Of a stretch of DNA of 64,000 bases, positions 25,501 to 41,091 are shown in pieces. A model generated the notes under the pieces. That model saw nothing but the letters and a program-made list of their open reading frames with translations, was not told the DNA's origin and made no database searches. A program made the position numbers and the translations under genes. Positions within the stretch are counted from its first letter, which is position 1. Each line of letters begins with the position of its first letter. Source of the stretch: the human T2T-CHM13v2.0 reference genome, Homo sapiens; NCBI RefSeq assembly GCF_009914755.1, contig NC_060931.1. One strand, 5' to 3'.

Positions 25501-28087
25501 TTTTTGTACTGCTTCAGCTGCGTGACATCTCCAGGTAACATTTGTGCTTTATTAGTATTTCTGTACAGTAAATCTAAGCAGTGAATAATAGGGAAATTTT
25601 AGGCACAATGGAAGGCTGACAGAAGGCATGGGGTAGGGAGGCTACACAGATTTCCTGTTGCCCTTCAAATCACACTGTAGAAGTGACATCTGTCTCTTTG
25701 TCTCACAAGTGAGGCTTACTGCTCTAGAGTCCTGGGATGCAACTGTCACACTGTGTGGGTAGCCTCCAAAGGTGTGTGATGCGAATGGCAGCTCTGCCTG
25801 GCTCCATTCAGTTTTCTCCTTGGGAGGACAAAGAAAATTGCGATGTGTGTAATTGATGCCCAAATGGCTAGAAAATAAAACATCTCATCAATGATTTATA
25901 TATTTCCAAATATAAAATAAAACTTGTAGACCAAATGCTAACAGAGCCCATGCAGCCCTTGGTTTCTTCCACCTCTGTTTACAGCCTGAATCCCACATTT
26001 TTTTCTGGTTCTACCCATTCCTTTTTCCTCTTGAGCTCATGTTGCATCTACTTGGCTGACTCCTAACCTTGGGAAACTTATTTGTCCCTTTCCCCTGCTC
26101 TTTCTCCAGGTTGCAGAGTATTTTTGGAGTAATCACATAGCTCTCATCAATCTATGTTCTCTTGCTTCACCTGGGCCTTTGATGCAACTTAATGGAGTTT
26201 TTGCTCTGCTCTGGTTGCTGGTCTCTTCCCGTCCTCACTGTTGTAGTTAAAGCCATTCGTGATGCATTTAAAGATTTGAAGATGCTGGTCCAAGTGCACA
26301 CACCTGGTTTGACAGTGTAGAGGGAGCTGCAGGACTCAGGGAAAGGTGTTCTCAGCACCTATAACAGTTTCTCAGGTAGTGGCAAAGAAAAGAATGGTAA
26401 GAAGATTCTGGCAGTTCCCTGGGCTTTTATTATAAAAATCCAAAAATGGCCTCATGGGCTCAAACTCTAGTGAAGGATTTAAGGGTCATTGTATTAGAGA
26501 CTGCGGTCTTCCTTCCCTTGCTTGCTATCTCACTTTCCTTCTTTCTTTCCACAAAAGTTATGCACCTACTATGTGCCAAGCACCATTCTAGTTTCTGGAA
26601 AAGAAAAGCTAAAATCTCTGATATCCTGGAACTTTCATGTGGTAGTTGACTATCGTCATGTACTTTCTAAGGTGAAGCACCCTGAGTTCCTTGCATCCCA
26701 GGCACCCATTTGTTGGCTTCTCCTCCACTCATTAAGCTTAGTTACATTCTTGGGCTGTAACAACCTCTTGGGGCTCAAGTCTAGTTCACTAGATTTCTTT
26801 TTTTCAGAGACAGTGAAGAAGAAAGGCAAAAGCAATAAGCATGCAAAGAGAAGATACACCTGTTCAAGACAGAAACCCTCAAAGCAGCTCTTGTAGCAAA
26901 CCAAACATTAAAAGTAATTTTGGTTGAGCTGAGATCTCCCTGAACTCAAAAGCACAGGTGTAGGGAGATGAGAGGGAAGAATTATCTCGGAGATACAGTA
27001 ATAAGCTAATACAGTGTACATGACAACTTAGGGACTGAGAATTCATAAATATATTCATGTTTTCTTCCCAGTCAAATTGATTAAATATCCAAGCACAAAG
27101 ACTGAAAGAGAGATTGAAACAGCAAGAGAGAGAAAGGAAAAGTGAGCTACAGAAGTTCTGGTAAAACATATCAACTCTGGACAAAGACTACTTCATCAAA
27201 CGCATAAACAGCCACTGCCTGATACATTAGAATCTGGAAGTATCATAAATTAACTGCCAAGAAACTTTGCGAAAGGTCATATTTAACATTAATCAAGCTC
27301 TGGTAGTGGATATTTCCATGGCTAGAGGAGAGAGGAAAAGAGAGACTGCTTTCTCTGCATTGCATTTTCAAAATCACTTTCTAATTTTTCAGCAAGAGAA
27401 GAAAAAACCGATTTCTAGCTGACTTAGGGACAGAGATTTAATTCTCTCATCACCTGGGCATCCCTCAAATGTGAGTATTGAGGCATATGAAGGGAGGGGG
27501 CATGGCTGTTTATTTTCTGATTAAGTCCTTTTGAGTGCTTTCAGCCACAAGGTAGTCTTATTTTGAAAAGTGCCCACACATAGGTAAAGGGATGCCTGTG
27601 GAAGCCACCGAGTAAATGAGCAGCTTAGGAGCGGGGACACAGTCAACAGAAAGTTGAAGGAGAAAGAAAATGAACAATTGTCCTGTTGGCAGCCAGTTTG
27701 GGACAGAAGCCCACTTTCTTTTAGGCTATGGGATCTTGAGCCAGGATCTAAGACGCTGGGTCATTTAGTAGGACCATAGGAGATACTGGACTGACCATTC
27801 CTGGGTCTTAGCATCCCCTTCCTCTGAATGGGTGTGATAACATTTACCTAGAGAGTGGATAGCTAATGTGTTTACTCATCTTGGTGGGAAAGCAGTACCA
27901 TAAATCCAGATCATTAATTTTCTGTGTCTTCTCTAAGATGACCATTTTCTTGATCTGACTTTATATAGATGATCTGTTTTTATTGCTGGTTACTTCAGAT
28001 GCTTATCTATTCCTTTCTTGTCAATTGCCTTTTTTGATTGGAGATTCTAATTTGTCCCAAGACTGAGCTACGTTTATATGTGCTAAA

Positions 28088-28950
<863 letters not shown>

Positions 28951-29339
28951 AAGAGGCAAAATTTTCCTTACAAAATGACTCACAAAGATGTTTGCTTTGC
29001 GTTATTCAGATTGGCTCTAATCACAGAGAATAAAAAAGAACTCAACCTCTAAACTCATAGACACCAAGGAAAGCTGTGGGCAAGGTAGGGCTCTCCCCCA
29101 GCAGCCCCTCCTTTGTGCACTTTTGCCTTTGCACAAAGTCCTTGTCAGTGAGTGGCAACAAAGCATCGGCCAGGTGTTGTGGGGCAGTAAGACACTGATC
29201 CTGGACCAGGCTGGGACACTGGGCAGCCAGAGGCATAAATGGGGAACACTCAGAGACTCCTCCAGAGGTCCTGGGTGGGAGGCAGATGTGAAGGGTGACA
29301 CCCCATTATCTCGGAGAGTGTGGCTGAAAGGCTAAGATT

Positions 29340-29687
29340 GTTCATTGCTGTTACAGTATTCACTCTCCCCTTCTTTGTCAACAAAACTCTGGCTTTATAA
29401 GGCATTGTCCAGCTTTCCTTGCATCCAGGGCTTCCAATTAGGAGCAAAAGCCACAGAATGGAGCTTCTAGGGGATCTTTTTAAAGGGGGCTAACTATACT
29501 CGAAGGTATGCCCCATTGCCCCTTTCCACTCCATTTCCTCCTGATGGCTGGAGCCACAGCAACTATCTTGCGACCTTGAGGATAAAAACAAACAGCTCAG
29601 GATGGCAGAAAAATAGAGAAGTCTGGATTCATGGTGCTTCCTTACCAATCATCTACTACTTACCTTTGGTTTTACTTTATGTGGGGG
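29340..29687 (+). mobile_element. MLT1J/K-like LTR (resumes ~30138-30200)
   Basis: tgatggctggagccacagcaactatcttgcgaccttgagg...ggatggcaga. Confidence 0.6.
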
Positions 29688-30137
29688 TGTGAAAGTTCTT
29701 AAGATGAAAATGGAGTCATTAATTAATATCAAGAAAAATCTAACATATAGAGCCAGAGAAGGCTATGTAGAGAGGTTTCTCATGCGTATATGCCTGATAA
29801 CAAAAGCTATCACAGAAGACTGTAAAAACCACAACCTTGTGCAAAGGGCATTGTAACTTTACACACAAAAAAATCCTTCCGCAAGGACATCTGCCCAGCA
29901 ACTGCCTGTTTAACCTCGGACTGGCATCATCCTTGTCGTTGGTCTTTGTAGCCAAGGATAATTATTTCAAAACAGTTATGCAATTCTCCTCATTTTCTCC
30001 TTTAAAAACCTTTGTCTTCCCATACCTCCCTGAATACATACATAGTTTACTATGGCATATGTATTTCCATTGCAATGCCTATTCCCAAATAAACACCTTT
30101 TCTTTTAGAGAACTTCTCTTTGTTATTTAGGTTGACA
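29688..30137 (+). mobile_element. ERV1 solo LTR (MER65-like)
   Basis: TG...CA ends; tgtgaaagtt...aaaatggagtca; ggacatctgcccagcaactgcc; aataaa; ttatttaggttgaca. Confidence 0.8.
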
Positions 30138-30249
30138 AAAGAATACAACCCTAATTTCTCTAAGCCACTGGTATTAGTAGATGAATGAAATTCCTAAATG
30201 ATAAAGAAAGTGACTCACTTTGAAGGTCCTTTTGATCATTAGAAAGTGA

Positions 30250-30670
30250 ACACTGCTCTAGGAGTTGAAAGAACTGAATTTGAGTTCTGCGTCGGATATG
30301 AATTCTCTGGATGACTTCGGCCAAATTATGTAATTATAGTGATAATGTTTACCACAAATTGTTTAATTCCTATGTTAAGTGCTTTATTTACTTCCTTATC
30401 GCATGTGAACCTTACAAACCATATGAGGGACATTTTCTCGTATACATTTTACAAATGAGAAAATAGAGACTTGTGGAGATCAAATTCAAGGTTATAGAGC
30501 AAGCAAGTTGTAGAGCTGGGGTTACAACCAAGTTCAGACTGGCTCCAAAGCCCTCGGTCTTAACTACTATGGAATATACTCTTATTTTCTCTGAAGCTCA
30601 GTTTTCTCCTCTGTACAATGGGCAAGAGGACTGGATAATGTTTGAACTCCCCTTGCAGCTCTGAAAACTC
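30250..30670. mobile_element. Nested MIR fragments
   Basis: cattttacaaatgagaaaatagagac; ctctgaagctcagttttctcctctgtacaatggg. Confidence 0.65.
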
Positions 30671-31723
30671 TGGAATATCTAGCCTTTTTTATGCAGTCTT
30701 GCCCGTCCGATCTTGATCTTGATCCCTCCTACTTCTGCCTGTTCCCCAAATTTCCAAATGGTGCCCTTTTCAAAGATGCTGTAATCAGAGCCCACATCTC
30801 TCCCTTGATCTTGAGAAGAGCTGCCAGAGGAGGCAGCCCCAGCCAGGGAGCACAGTGGGTGTTCAGAAATGTTCTGTGGGTGCCATGGCCCCAGCCTGCT
30901 CCTGCTTCTGTCAGCCCTGGAGCCGCCTTGCCTCGCCTCGCCAGGGGAGGCCGTGTCTCTGCACAATCTGTCTGTTCTGATGATCAAGGAGGGCCTTGGT
31001 GGAGCAGCGGCGCATGCCCTCCCAGGTGATAAAACTTCCCCGGGCACTCGGGAGAGGTGGGCTGCTGGTGAAATGTGAAGAACAAGCACTGTACTGTGTA
31101 AATACATTTACAGGATGGAACTGTTTCTTGGCCCTCTGGGGCCCATTTCCTGAGCTGCGTGGCAGGAACTGTCTTCCTCGGAATGATTGACAGGGCCGGT
31201 GGGGAAAGCTAAATAGATCTTGATTTCTTTCCTTGTGTTGGCACATTTACCTAATGAGCAGAAGGAACAGGCCTGGAGAGGCTCTGAGACCGGGGACCAC
31301 AGGTGGCTTCACAGTGAAAAACTCTTGCTCTTGCCGTGTGGAAATATCCAGCACTCTCTGCTCCACATTCCAGTTCTCTGTGGTCCAGGACAAGCAGTGC
31401 CCTCATTTCCCTTCATGGGGCAGACAGGAAACTCCCTTTGGGACTTGCCTGGGTTGGGGTGATGTTGTTTGGCTGTTGCATGGGAAAGACCTCTCCCATC
31501 TCAGCATCCTGTCACCCCAGCTTGATGGGGGCTGAGGGTGTGGTGAAGTTGATGGTTATGCGATGGTGGTGCTGATGGAGGCACCCATGGTGGCACCTCC
31601 ACGTGATTAGTGCACCACCTGCCCTTTTGATGAAAATAGTGGCATTCAGGAGTTTTTTATGTGTGCAGCTCGGCCACGCAGGCCACAAAGGGAGAACGTG
31701 GCCCCTCAGCAGTCGAGGGGCAC

Positions 31724-32088
31724 TGTCTTAGTTCATTCAGGCTGCTGTAATAGAACATCATGAACTGGGTTACTTATGAAGAACAGACATTTGTAACATT
31801 TTTCATAGTTCTGGAGACTGGAAGTCTGAGATCAGGGAGTCAGCAGGGCAGGGTTCTGGTGAGGGCCCTCTTCTGGGCAGATTGCCAGCTTCTTTTATTG
31901 TATCCTCCCCAGGAGAGAGTGGGGAGCTGAGGCAAGCTCTCTTGTGACTCCAAGGGCACCAAACTCATGACCTCTTCCAATCCTAATCACCTCCCAAAGG
32001 CTCCTGCTCCTAAAAGCATCACATCAAGGGGGTGGGTAGGGTTTCCACATATGAACTTTGCAGGGGCACAAACATTCAGTCCATAGCA
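31724..32088 (-). mobile_element. MLT1A-type solo LTR
   Basis: tgtcttagttc...aacattcagtccatagca; perfect TSD ggcac. Confidence 0.92.
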
Positions 32089-33394
32089 GGCACTCAGCCA
32101 GGCCAGAATATTGAAATATTTTAGATTCAGTCACTGTGTCTGGGAGATGGAAAACAGCTCTTTAGTTTAGCCTAGAGAAGGAAGAGGAGTCAGGGTCTGG
32201 TGCTCCTAATAGCCAATGATGGCTGAGTGTAAGAGTCTCTGTGTTTCATTCCTTCCTCCATCGGGACCAAGATGGTGTCTGGTTTCACTGTTGCTCAGTG
32301 ATTGGTCTGGAGTCCTTTCTCATGGGTAGGTCTGTGACTTCCAATTCTTTGGTATCTCTCTTTTCAGGGTAGGCTCTTGGTTAAGGGCTTGCTGATATGG
32401 GAGAATGTAGCTCTCAGCAAATCTACATGAACAGCTGGGAGGAAACCGCTGCTTGGCAGGAGGGGCCATGGTTTTGTTCTTCTCTTTTGAGAAGAGCAGC
32501 CCTGCCATCCTTCTGTTTGGTAAAATGGGGAGGAAGAATTCCTGGCATGAAGACACATCAGTCAGCAGACCCCTGACTTCCAAGAAGTAGCAGACACTCC
32601 AGCTTCTGAGTGGATTGGAGAGATCCCTGGAGATGAATTGGAGATGCACTCGTCTCTGCCGGCCTCCCTGGGCAGGAGGTGTCTGATTCCCTGGTTAGTC
32701 TCCACCTTGAATTTCTACAGTTCTTCACTTTGGTCTCTAGGGGAAAGAAGCCAGACAGCTGGACTTTCCTGAGCTGGAATGGCTGTTGCTGAGGCTTTGG
32801 CATCTTCATTCACAACTTTTCAAGGGCTTGCCCTTTTGACCACTCAGCTTCCCATTCCTCTCTCAGCCCCAAGAACAGCAGGTGTACAAAGCTGCACGGT
32901 TGTCATTCCCGGGGAGATTCTTTTCTATTAGCTGGTGCTGAAGGAACTTGGAAATGGATGAGTTTTCCCCCAAACTCCAGGTCCAGCTTGGATTTCTTCT
33001 AGCTTAGAGATTCAAATACGTGAGGGCTTATAACTGGGAACTTTGTGTCTGTGGAGGACAACTGTGAGAATGTGGAGGCTGTCCAGGGAACAAGTCAGCG
33101 TGAACCCAGGACAGAGGGAACAAGCTTCTAACACTGACAACAAATGAGATGAGTCCTTCTGCCTAGCCAACTTTAAGGCAGCCACAGCAGCACCTTGCAA
33201 GCCTCTACTAAGGCTGGATCTGAGGCCCTGCCCAGTGCATGCTTCAGAACTAAAGCACGGAGATAAGACAGCACTAGAACTGGATTCCCACCTAGGGTTT
33301 TCACTGAATAAGAGCAAGAAGGGATCTCAATGATTATCTGTTTTCAACAGCCTTATTTTACAGAAAAGAAAACAGAGTCCCGGGGAAATAAGAA

Positions 33395-33560
33395 AAACAT
33401 TAGCAAATACCTTTGTATTGCTTACTTTGTGCCCATTTCTGTTCTAAGCATTTCCTCATTTCATCCTCACAAAAGCCTACAAGGTAGATATTGTTATTAT
33501 CTCTGTTTTATAGATGAAGAAACTGAGACAACAGGGTCTAGTAACTGGCATAAGATGGAA
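33395..33560 (-). mobile_element. MIR
   Basis: ttttatagatgaagaaactgagac. Confidence 0.75.
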
Positions 33561-33673
33561 ATGAAATAGTGTCCAACCTCTCAAGCCCTTTGCTAAGTCG
33601 CCCTGGCAGTTGATCGGAGTCTAGATCCGCAATCCATAGTCCAAGCTTTCTGAGCCATCCTATCCTTCTAGAT

Positions 33674-34422
33674 TTGCACTATCCAATGTGAAAGCCACTA
33701 GTCACCTGCAGCTATTGAGCGCTTGAAACGTGGCTTGTCCAAATGGTGATGTGTTTCAAGGACCTAGATAAAAAAAATAAGAATGTAAAGTATATCGTTA
33801 ATATTTTTCATATTGATGACATGTTGAAGTGGCAATCTAATGGCTCTATTGGTTTCAATAAAATGTATTATTATAATTAATGTCACCTGTTTCTTTTTAC
33901 TCATTTTTATGTAAGTACCTCATGTTTTAAGATCATATGTGGCTTGCATCTGTGGCTCCCATGAAATTTAACACTGCGTACGTGTGTTAGTCCGTTCTTG
34001 CATTGCTATAAAGAAATACCTGAGACTGGGTAACTTATAAAGAAAAGAGGTTTAATTGCCTCATTGTTCTGCAGGCTGTACAGGAAATATAGCAGCATCT
34101 GCTTCTGGGGAGGCCTCAGAAAGCTTACAATCATGGCGGAAGGTGAAGAGTGAGCAGGCACGTCACATGGAGAAAGCAGGAGCAAGAGAGGAGGGGAGGT
34201 GCCACATACTTTTCAACAACCAGATCTTATGAGAACTCACTATCACAAAAACAGCACCAAGGGAGTAGTACGAAACCATTCACGAGAAATCCGCCCCCAT
34301 GATTCAATCCCCTCCCGCCAGGCCCCACCTCCAACACTGAGGATTACATTTCAACATGAGATTTGGGTGGGGCTAGTTTCCAAACTATATCCATATGTGA
34401 CTTGTGTTTGTGGACAGCACTG
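33674..34422. mobile_element. MER33-like hAT fossil interrupted by MST
   Basis: gcactatccaat...agccactagtcac...ctattgagcgcttgaaacgtggct; terminus ggacagcactg resumes after the MST. Confidence 0.75.
33983..34392 (-). mobile_element. MSTA-type solo LTR
   Basis: tgtgttagtccgttcttgcattgctataaagaaatacctgagactggg...ccaaactatatc. Confidence 0.9.
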
Positions 34423-37400
34423 GCTGGCAAGCAAACCCTGAGAATCACAGCACCGCAGAGGCTGCGTCCCTGCTCCAGCCCCAGTAACTGCAGTGCTCCA
34501 CAGAGAGGGCACCTCACCCACCCTTGGCCTTCTCTGCATCTATAACTCATACTGCTGTTCTGAGGCTGTGCTAGAAGCCTCCTCTGACACCACTGGGATG
34601 GCATCATCAGGAGAAGGATACACCATCAAACTCTTTGGAGGTTAGTGAGGCTTAATGGAAAGGGCGTGACTTCCACAGATCCACGTTCGGATCCTGGCTT
34701 TAGTATGTGCTATTTACACTCTGAGCATCACTTTTCTTATCTGGAGAATGGGGACAATAATACATCTCAGAATTTTTCTTTTCCATCCTGCATTTTCAGA
34801 GGATGGCTTTCTCTACTGCTTGCAATAGCACATTCTAACGGTTAAAATCAAAATTACAGAAAACATTGGGGAAAATAGTCCCTGATGCTTTTTCGCTTTC
34901 TGATTTCTTTGGTAACTTTGAACATGTGTGAGCCTCAGTTTTCCACTCTGAAGAATGGGAGCCCCCAGGAGACAGACCCTGCACTTACTGCCCAGCGATG
35001 GTTGAAATTCAGATGCCAACTAGTAGTGGTCAGTGCAAGTGGGAGAAGAGTGCCCTGGAGTAGCTTCCAGGTTATTGTTTTTCCTTTCCATCTCCTGTTT
35101 ATGAAGCTCAGCTGGCATTGCCACTAGCTTGGGCCTGGGTCAGATGCAAGGTGTGAATCTGGGACCAGGAAGGCCCAAACTATCCTGGCAATCAGAGTGG
35201 CTGAGGTGGGGCCATATCCCATGTATTTGTCTGGGGAGAAAGGAATAATCTCTGCATTTACCCTGGGCTGTCATTCAGAACATGTGTGCGAGGTAGGCAC
35301 CCAGGCTAGCCCCAGCTTTCTTATACATCTCTAGGCTATGCCTGACTGTAGGACCCCTGTGGAGTGTGGAAGTGAAGTTCTATTGGTAAAACATGGTAGA
35401 AGTGCACATCTATTCAAATCAGCAAAAATGCACTCAAATCCCAAGTCTAAACTTGTTTGTTATGTGACTATGGACAAGTCATCTAATCTCTTTAAGCCTG
35501 TCTCTTAATTTTGCAAGGAAATATCTAGCTCATATAGTAGTTGTAAGATAAATGACATAATATAAAGTGCACATTAAAAATGTGCATTGTGGAAAAGACA
35601 AATGAAAACAAAAAATACATGCATTGTGGGCAGTCATTAACTGGCAAGTATTAACATGGAGCCATGTCTCTTATTTCCAGTGCAACAATGATAGGAACAT
35701 TTTCTCCACTTGGTTGTAAAGAGTGCTGTGTTTGTCCATAAGGATGCAGCAGCATTTGCCTACCGAAGGAAAAGTGAAATGACAAATGCTTGCTAACCTC
35801 TTCGCTTCCCCAGTTTATACTCTTCCCTTAACACTACCCGTTTGATGGTCTCAATCACAAACAAGCTTGAGAAACAGAATCATTTCCTTTTCAGGAGTCT
35901 ACAGGTAAAAATCAGCAGGTATAAGGACAATTTGGGACTAATTTCAGCCCCTACCTGATTTTGAGCAAATAAATGACTCACGACATGCCCTTGGCCAAAC
36001 CATGGAGCCTCTTGGGGCTTCAGCTTCCTCTTTAATAAAATGGGATGAGTAATCCTTGCCTCGCCTTCATTTTACAAGCATGTAACAAGGATGAATCAAG
36101 TAATGGCTGTAGAATCCTTTGAGGTCCTTGGAGAAATACTTGCTATATAAATGCAAAGTATGATGTCCATTTCTATTACATTGTGTTTTGCAAATAAATA
36201 TATAAGCCTATGGCACATCCATGTCAGTGCCTGTCTGGCCAGCCATTTGCCATGTACATCTTTTAATCATCTCCATACATTTATTCATTGAAAGCATATT
36301 CCAAATCTGTAATGCATGGGTTATTATTATTATTTTTTCTTTTTGGAAGCCCAGGGCACATGTCTGTTCTGCCTCATTTCAGCTGCTGGGAATTCTGACA
36401 GATCCATTGTTGGTGATATGTGCACGGGGGGAGGTTTTCAATATCATCAGAGACCTAGATCCAGACCAAAGAAGGTTTCATGTTCATCGTCCTTCCCATT
36501 CCCTTTTCCTGACCCTCTTAATTGAGCTGTTCAGAAAAGAGGCCCTGTCATTCTTTTGAAAAATAGCCTGCTTGTCCCTTCCTAAAAACTTTAACCAGGT
36601 TGCTCCCTGATTCAGAAGATAAAAGAACAGATTGTGGAATGTACTTTGAATCATGTAACACTTTAGAGGCTATTAGTTGTTGTCGATTATCTCCGGGAAT
36701 AACCAGCATCCTTTCCCCTGTCTTTTACTATCATATGTCTTTTGTCTAATCCAGATCTCTTTTCTTAACTCTGGATCCTGTTGTACAACTACCCCCTGTG
36801 TGTCCTACAGGCACCTTAGACTCTAAATATCTAAAATCAGACTTTCCATCTTCCCTTCGCATCAGCTCTACTCTCTACATTCTGTCAAGACCCCAGTAAT
36901 CAAGGCTAAAGATAGGTGAGGTGGTGATTTCCTAGTCGTGGTTCTGAAGCTTCAGGGTTTATACTTAGGTGAATCGCAACTCTGAAGGCTGAGTTTTCTT
37001 CCTTTTTAATAAAAATACATAGAAATTTGGCCCATGGGGTAAAAGTGAGTAGTATTGGGAAAACACTTTCATGTTTAAGAAGTCTCCTGTGTCTTGTACT
37101 CAAAGGTAGACAGCTGGAGTCCTCTGGGCTTCTGCCTCTTGAGATCACCTGTATTCATTGCATATTGATCCTTCTCCAAAAAGCTTCATGAGACCTGATT
37201 CATGTTCACAAAATCTTCAGGACCTGAAATTTGGAACTTCTGAATCTTTTGGCTTTATAGAAACCAAAGAGGAACTTCTAGTTCAGTGTTCTCTTGAAAG
37301 GCTTAGACCTCAAGCGTTCTGTTACCCAACTGTCTGATTGTTTTGACTAAATGTTGGCATACCTAGGGTAAACCTCTGGCCATTCAAAATTCAAAGTCTC

Positions 37401-37445
37401 TCTTATTGAGGCCTCTTCCCTGCTGTCCTTTTTAAAAATGCAAGT

Positions 37446-37792
<347 letters not shown>

Positions 37793-38191
37793 TCAAGGCA
37801 GTGTCCCCAAGTGAGCTCATTCTCTCCCATATCTTTTACTGTCATATCTCTTTTTAAACCCAAACCTCTTTCCTTGCCTCTGGATCCACACATCTAATTG
37901 CCTGTTGTACATCTTCCCCTGTGTGTCCTACAGGCACCTTAGACACTAAACGTCCAAAGTCAGATTCGCCATCTTTCCTTTCCATTAGCTCTACTTCCTA
38001 TATTCTTTGCCTTGGCTTTTGTCAACTAGTACACAAAGTAAGCCAGACACTAATGATATTGAGCACATTTTCATCTCTGCATGTTACCCACATGAACCTT
38101 TGTGTGTGTGTATGAAGTGCATGCTCAATTGCATGTTCTTTTGCCCACCTTTTTCCTAATTATTTTTAGGAATTCTTGATATAAATCCTTA

Positions 38192-38508
<317 letters not shown>

Positions 38509-38552
38509 TTATAAAATAAGTTCTTCCAGTCTGTGGTTTACCTTTTCTCTTA

Positions 38553-38895
<343 letters not shown>

Positions 38896-39606
38896 TTACG
38901 TCCAATTATCAATTGTTTATTTTATGGTTAGTGCTTTTTATGTCCTGTCAAAAAATATTTGGCTACCATAAGTTACTATTCTCATTTTGGAAATTTAAAA
39001 GACAGTATTTATTTGTTTATTTATTATTTAGTTTTTATAGAGACAGGGTCTCACTATGTTGCCCAGGCTGGTCTTGAACTCCTGGGTTCAGGTGATCCTT
39101 CCGCATTCTATTGAATGATACATCACATTTTATTTGGTCATTTCCTGTGGATATTTAGGTTGTTTTCAAATTCCAAAGCTTTGTCAATAAGCAATGGTGC
39201 AAAACATCCTTGGATGTGTCTTTTTGTGATACATATTTCTTTAGGGTACATATCAAGGATAATATTGTTGAGTCAGAGATTATGTACATTTGAAAATTTG
39301 AATAGACACTGCTATATTGCTCCCAAAGTAATTGTGCTGATTTATGTTCTCAGAGCCTTTAAGTTTTAATTCAAATTTCTAAGACTTGAGATTTTGATAA
39401 ACCTAGCATGACTGTTGAACAGATTTTTTTCTCCAGGCTACCATATAGACTACTGTGCAGCCCAGGGATTGGCTGTCATTGGATCAGGTGCCCACCGGGA
39501 TCTAATTATCAGTGGCAGGAGAGGGGGAGTCAGGTGGTATGAAACTCATTGACTAAGGCTGCCACAAGCAGGTCTGAGCCAATTTTCCTTAGAAGTGGCT
39601 CAACAA

Positions 39607-39834
39607 GGCCAGGAGTTCGAGATCAGTCTGGGCAACATGGAGAGACCCTATATCTACTAAAAATAAAAACAAAAATTAGCTGAGTATGGTGGTGCATGCC
39701 TATAGTCCTAGCTACTGGGGAGACTGAGGTGGAAGGATCACTTGAGCCCAGGAGCTGGAGGTTATAGTGAGCTATGATTACATGACTGCACTCCAGCCTG
39801 AGTGACAGAGTAAGATCCTGTCTCAAGAAAAAAA
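39607..39834 (+). mobile_element. 5'-truncated AluJ
   Basis: TSD aagtggctcaacaa / aagtgactcaccaa. Confidence 0.9.
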
Positions 39835-40039
39835 AAGTGACTCACCAAGTCTCCTATAATTCCAAAGTACTTTTGCATCTACAGTTTCAATATCATATAT
39901 TTGCTGGAAAGTTAAAATGAGATCATAATATGACAATATTTTAGAAAACAAAATACATGATGGCCTTATTATTATTATTTAAAAATATTTTAAAAACTAC
40001 TCTGCTAGGTATGTGGGAAAATACCTGTATCAGCATGTC

Positions 40040-40290
40040 ACAGATAAGAGCTAATGGTTATTGAGTGCTTCCTTTATGACGGGCAGTAACCTAAGTGCTT
40101 TGCATGTACTGACTTATTTATCTTCATGATAATCCTATCAGGTAACATTACTTTATCTCCATTTCACAGATGAGGTGACCAGACAACAGAGAGGTTAAGT
40201 GACTTTCCTAAGTTCACACAGCTTTCAGATGGCAAAGGTGCGGTTTGTGCTCAGGTTATCTGATCCCTGATGTCATTATCCCACAACTCC
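40040..40290 (-). mobile_element. MIR
   Basis: ccatttcacagatgaggtgacc...agaggttaagtgactttcctaagttcacacagct. Confidence 0.8.
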
Positions 40291-40344
40291 ACTCTGAACA
40301 GATGGGAAAGAGCAAGTGAGCAAATGGCTTGTTCCATTCTGCCA

Positions 40345-41091
40345 TGAGGACTAAACTCAGATTTTTTTCTATCTTGCTCTAATTCCTATCTAAGGGGTCT
40401 GGGGAGTAGTGCCCTACAAATCATAAATTCTCATCAGATGGGTTTTATTTAACCCTATATATCATGACTTTCCAACCTGACTCTGGCATAACGTTACGAG
40501 ACAAGAAAGAAAATAAAAATATTTTGTGGAAACATGTTTCTTTGCCGTGTTTAAAAATGGCCCTGCAAAGCTGTCCTTTGTAGGGGAAAATGTGCATCTG
40601 TAAAGAATCTCTATTACCATAGCTAGATCTCTTTTTTTTTTCCAGACCCTCCCAACCCTGAAGAGATTAGCTAAGATCTGAATAGGAAATATTTGTCATC
40701 TATTGTCTCTAAGGGCAGCCACTATAAGACTTTGAAAGAACTTTGGTCTCCACAATCTTTTAGCTTAACCAGAACATTCCCTTTCTATCAATCCCAGGTC
40801 TTTAGACAAACTCAACCAATTGTCAACCAGAAAATGTTTAAACTCACCTGTAGCCTGGAAGTCCCTGCTTTAAGTTGTCCCACCTTTCTGGACCAAACCA
40901 ATGCATTTCTTAAAGTGTATTTGATTGATGTCTCATGCCTCTCTAAAATGTATAAAACAAAGCTCACCTGGACCACTTTGGGCACATGTTCTCAGGACCT
41001 CCTGAGGGCTATGTCATGGGCCATGGTCACTCATATTTGGCTCAGAATAAATCTCTTCAAATATTTTACAGAGTTTGACTCTTCGTCGACA
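40345..41091 (+). mobile_element. ERV1 solo LTR (MER4E-like)
   Basis: tgaggactaa...cctatctaaggggtctgggg...ggctcagaataaatctcttcaaatattttacagagtttgactcttcgtcgaca; TSD gcca/gccg. Confidence 0.9.
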
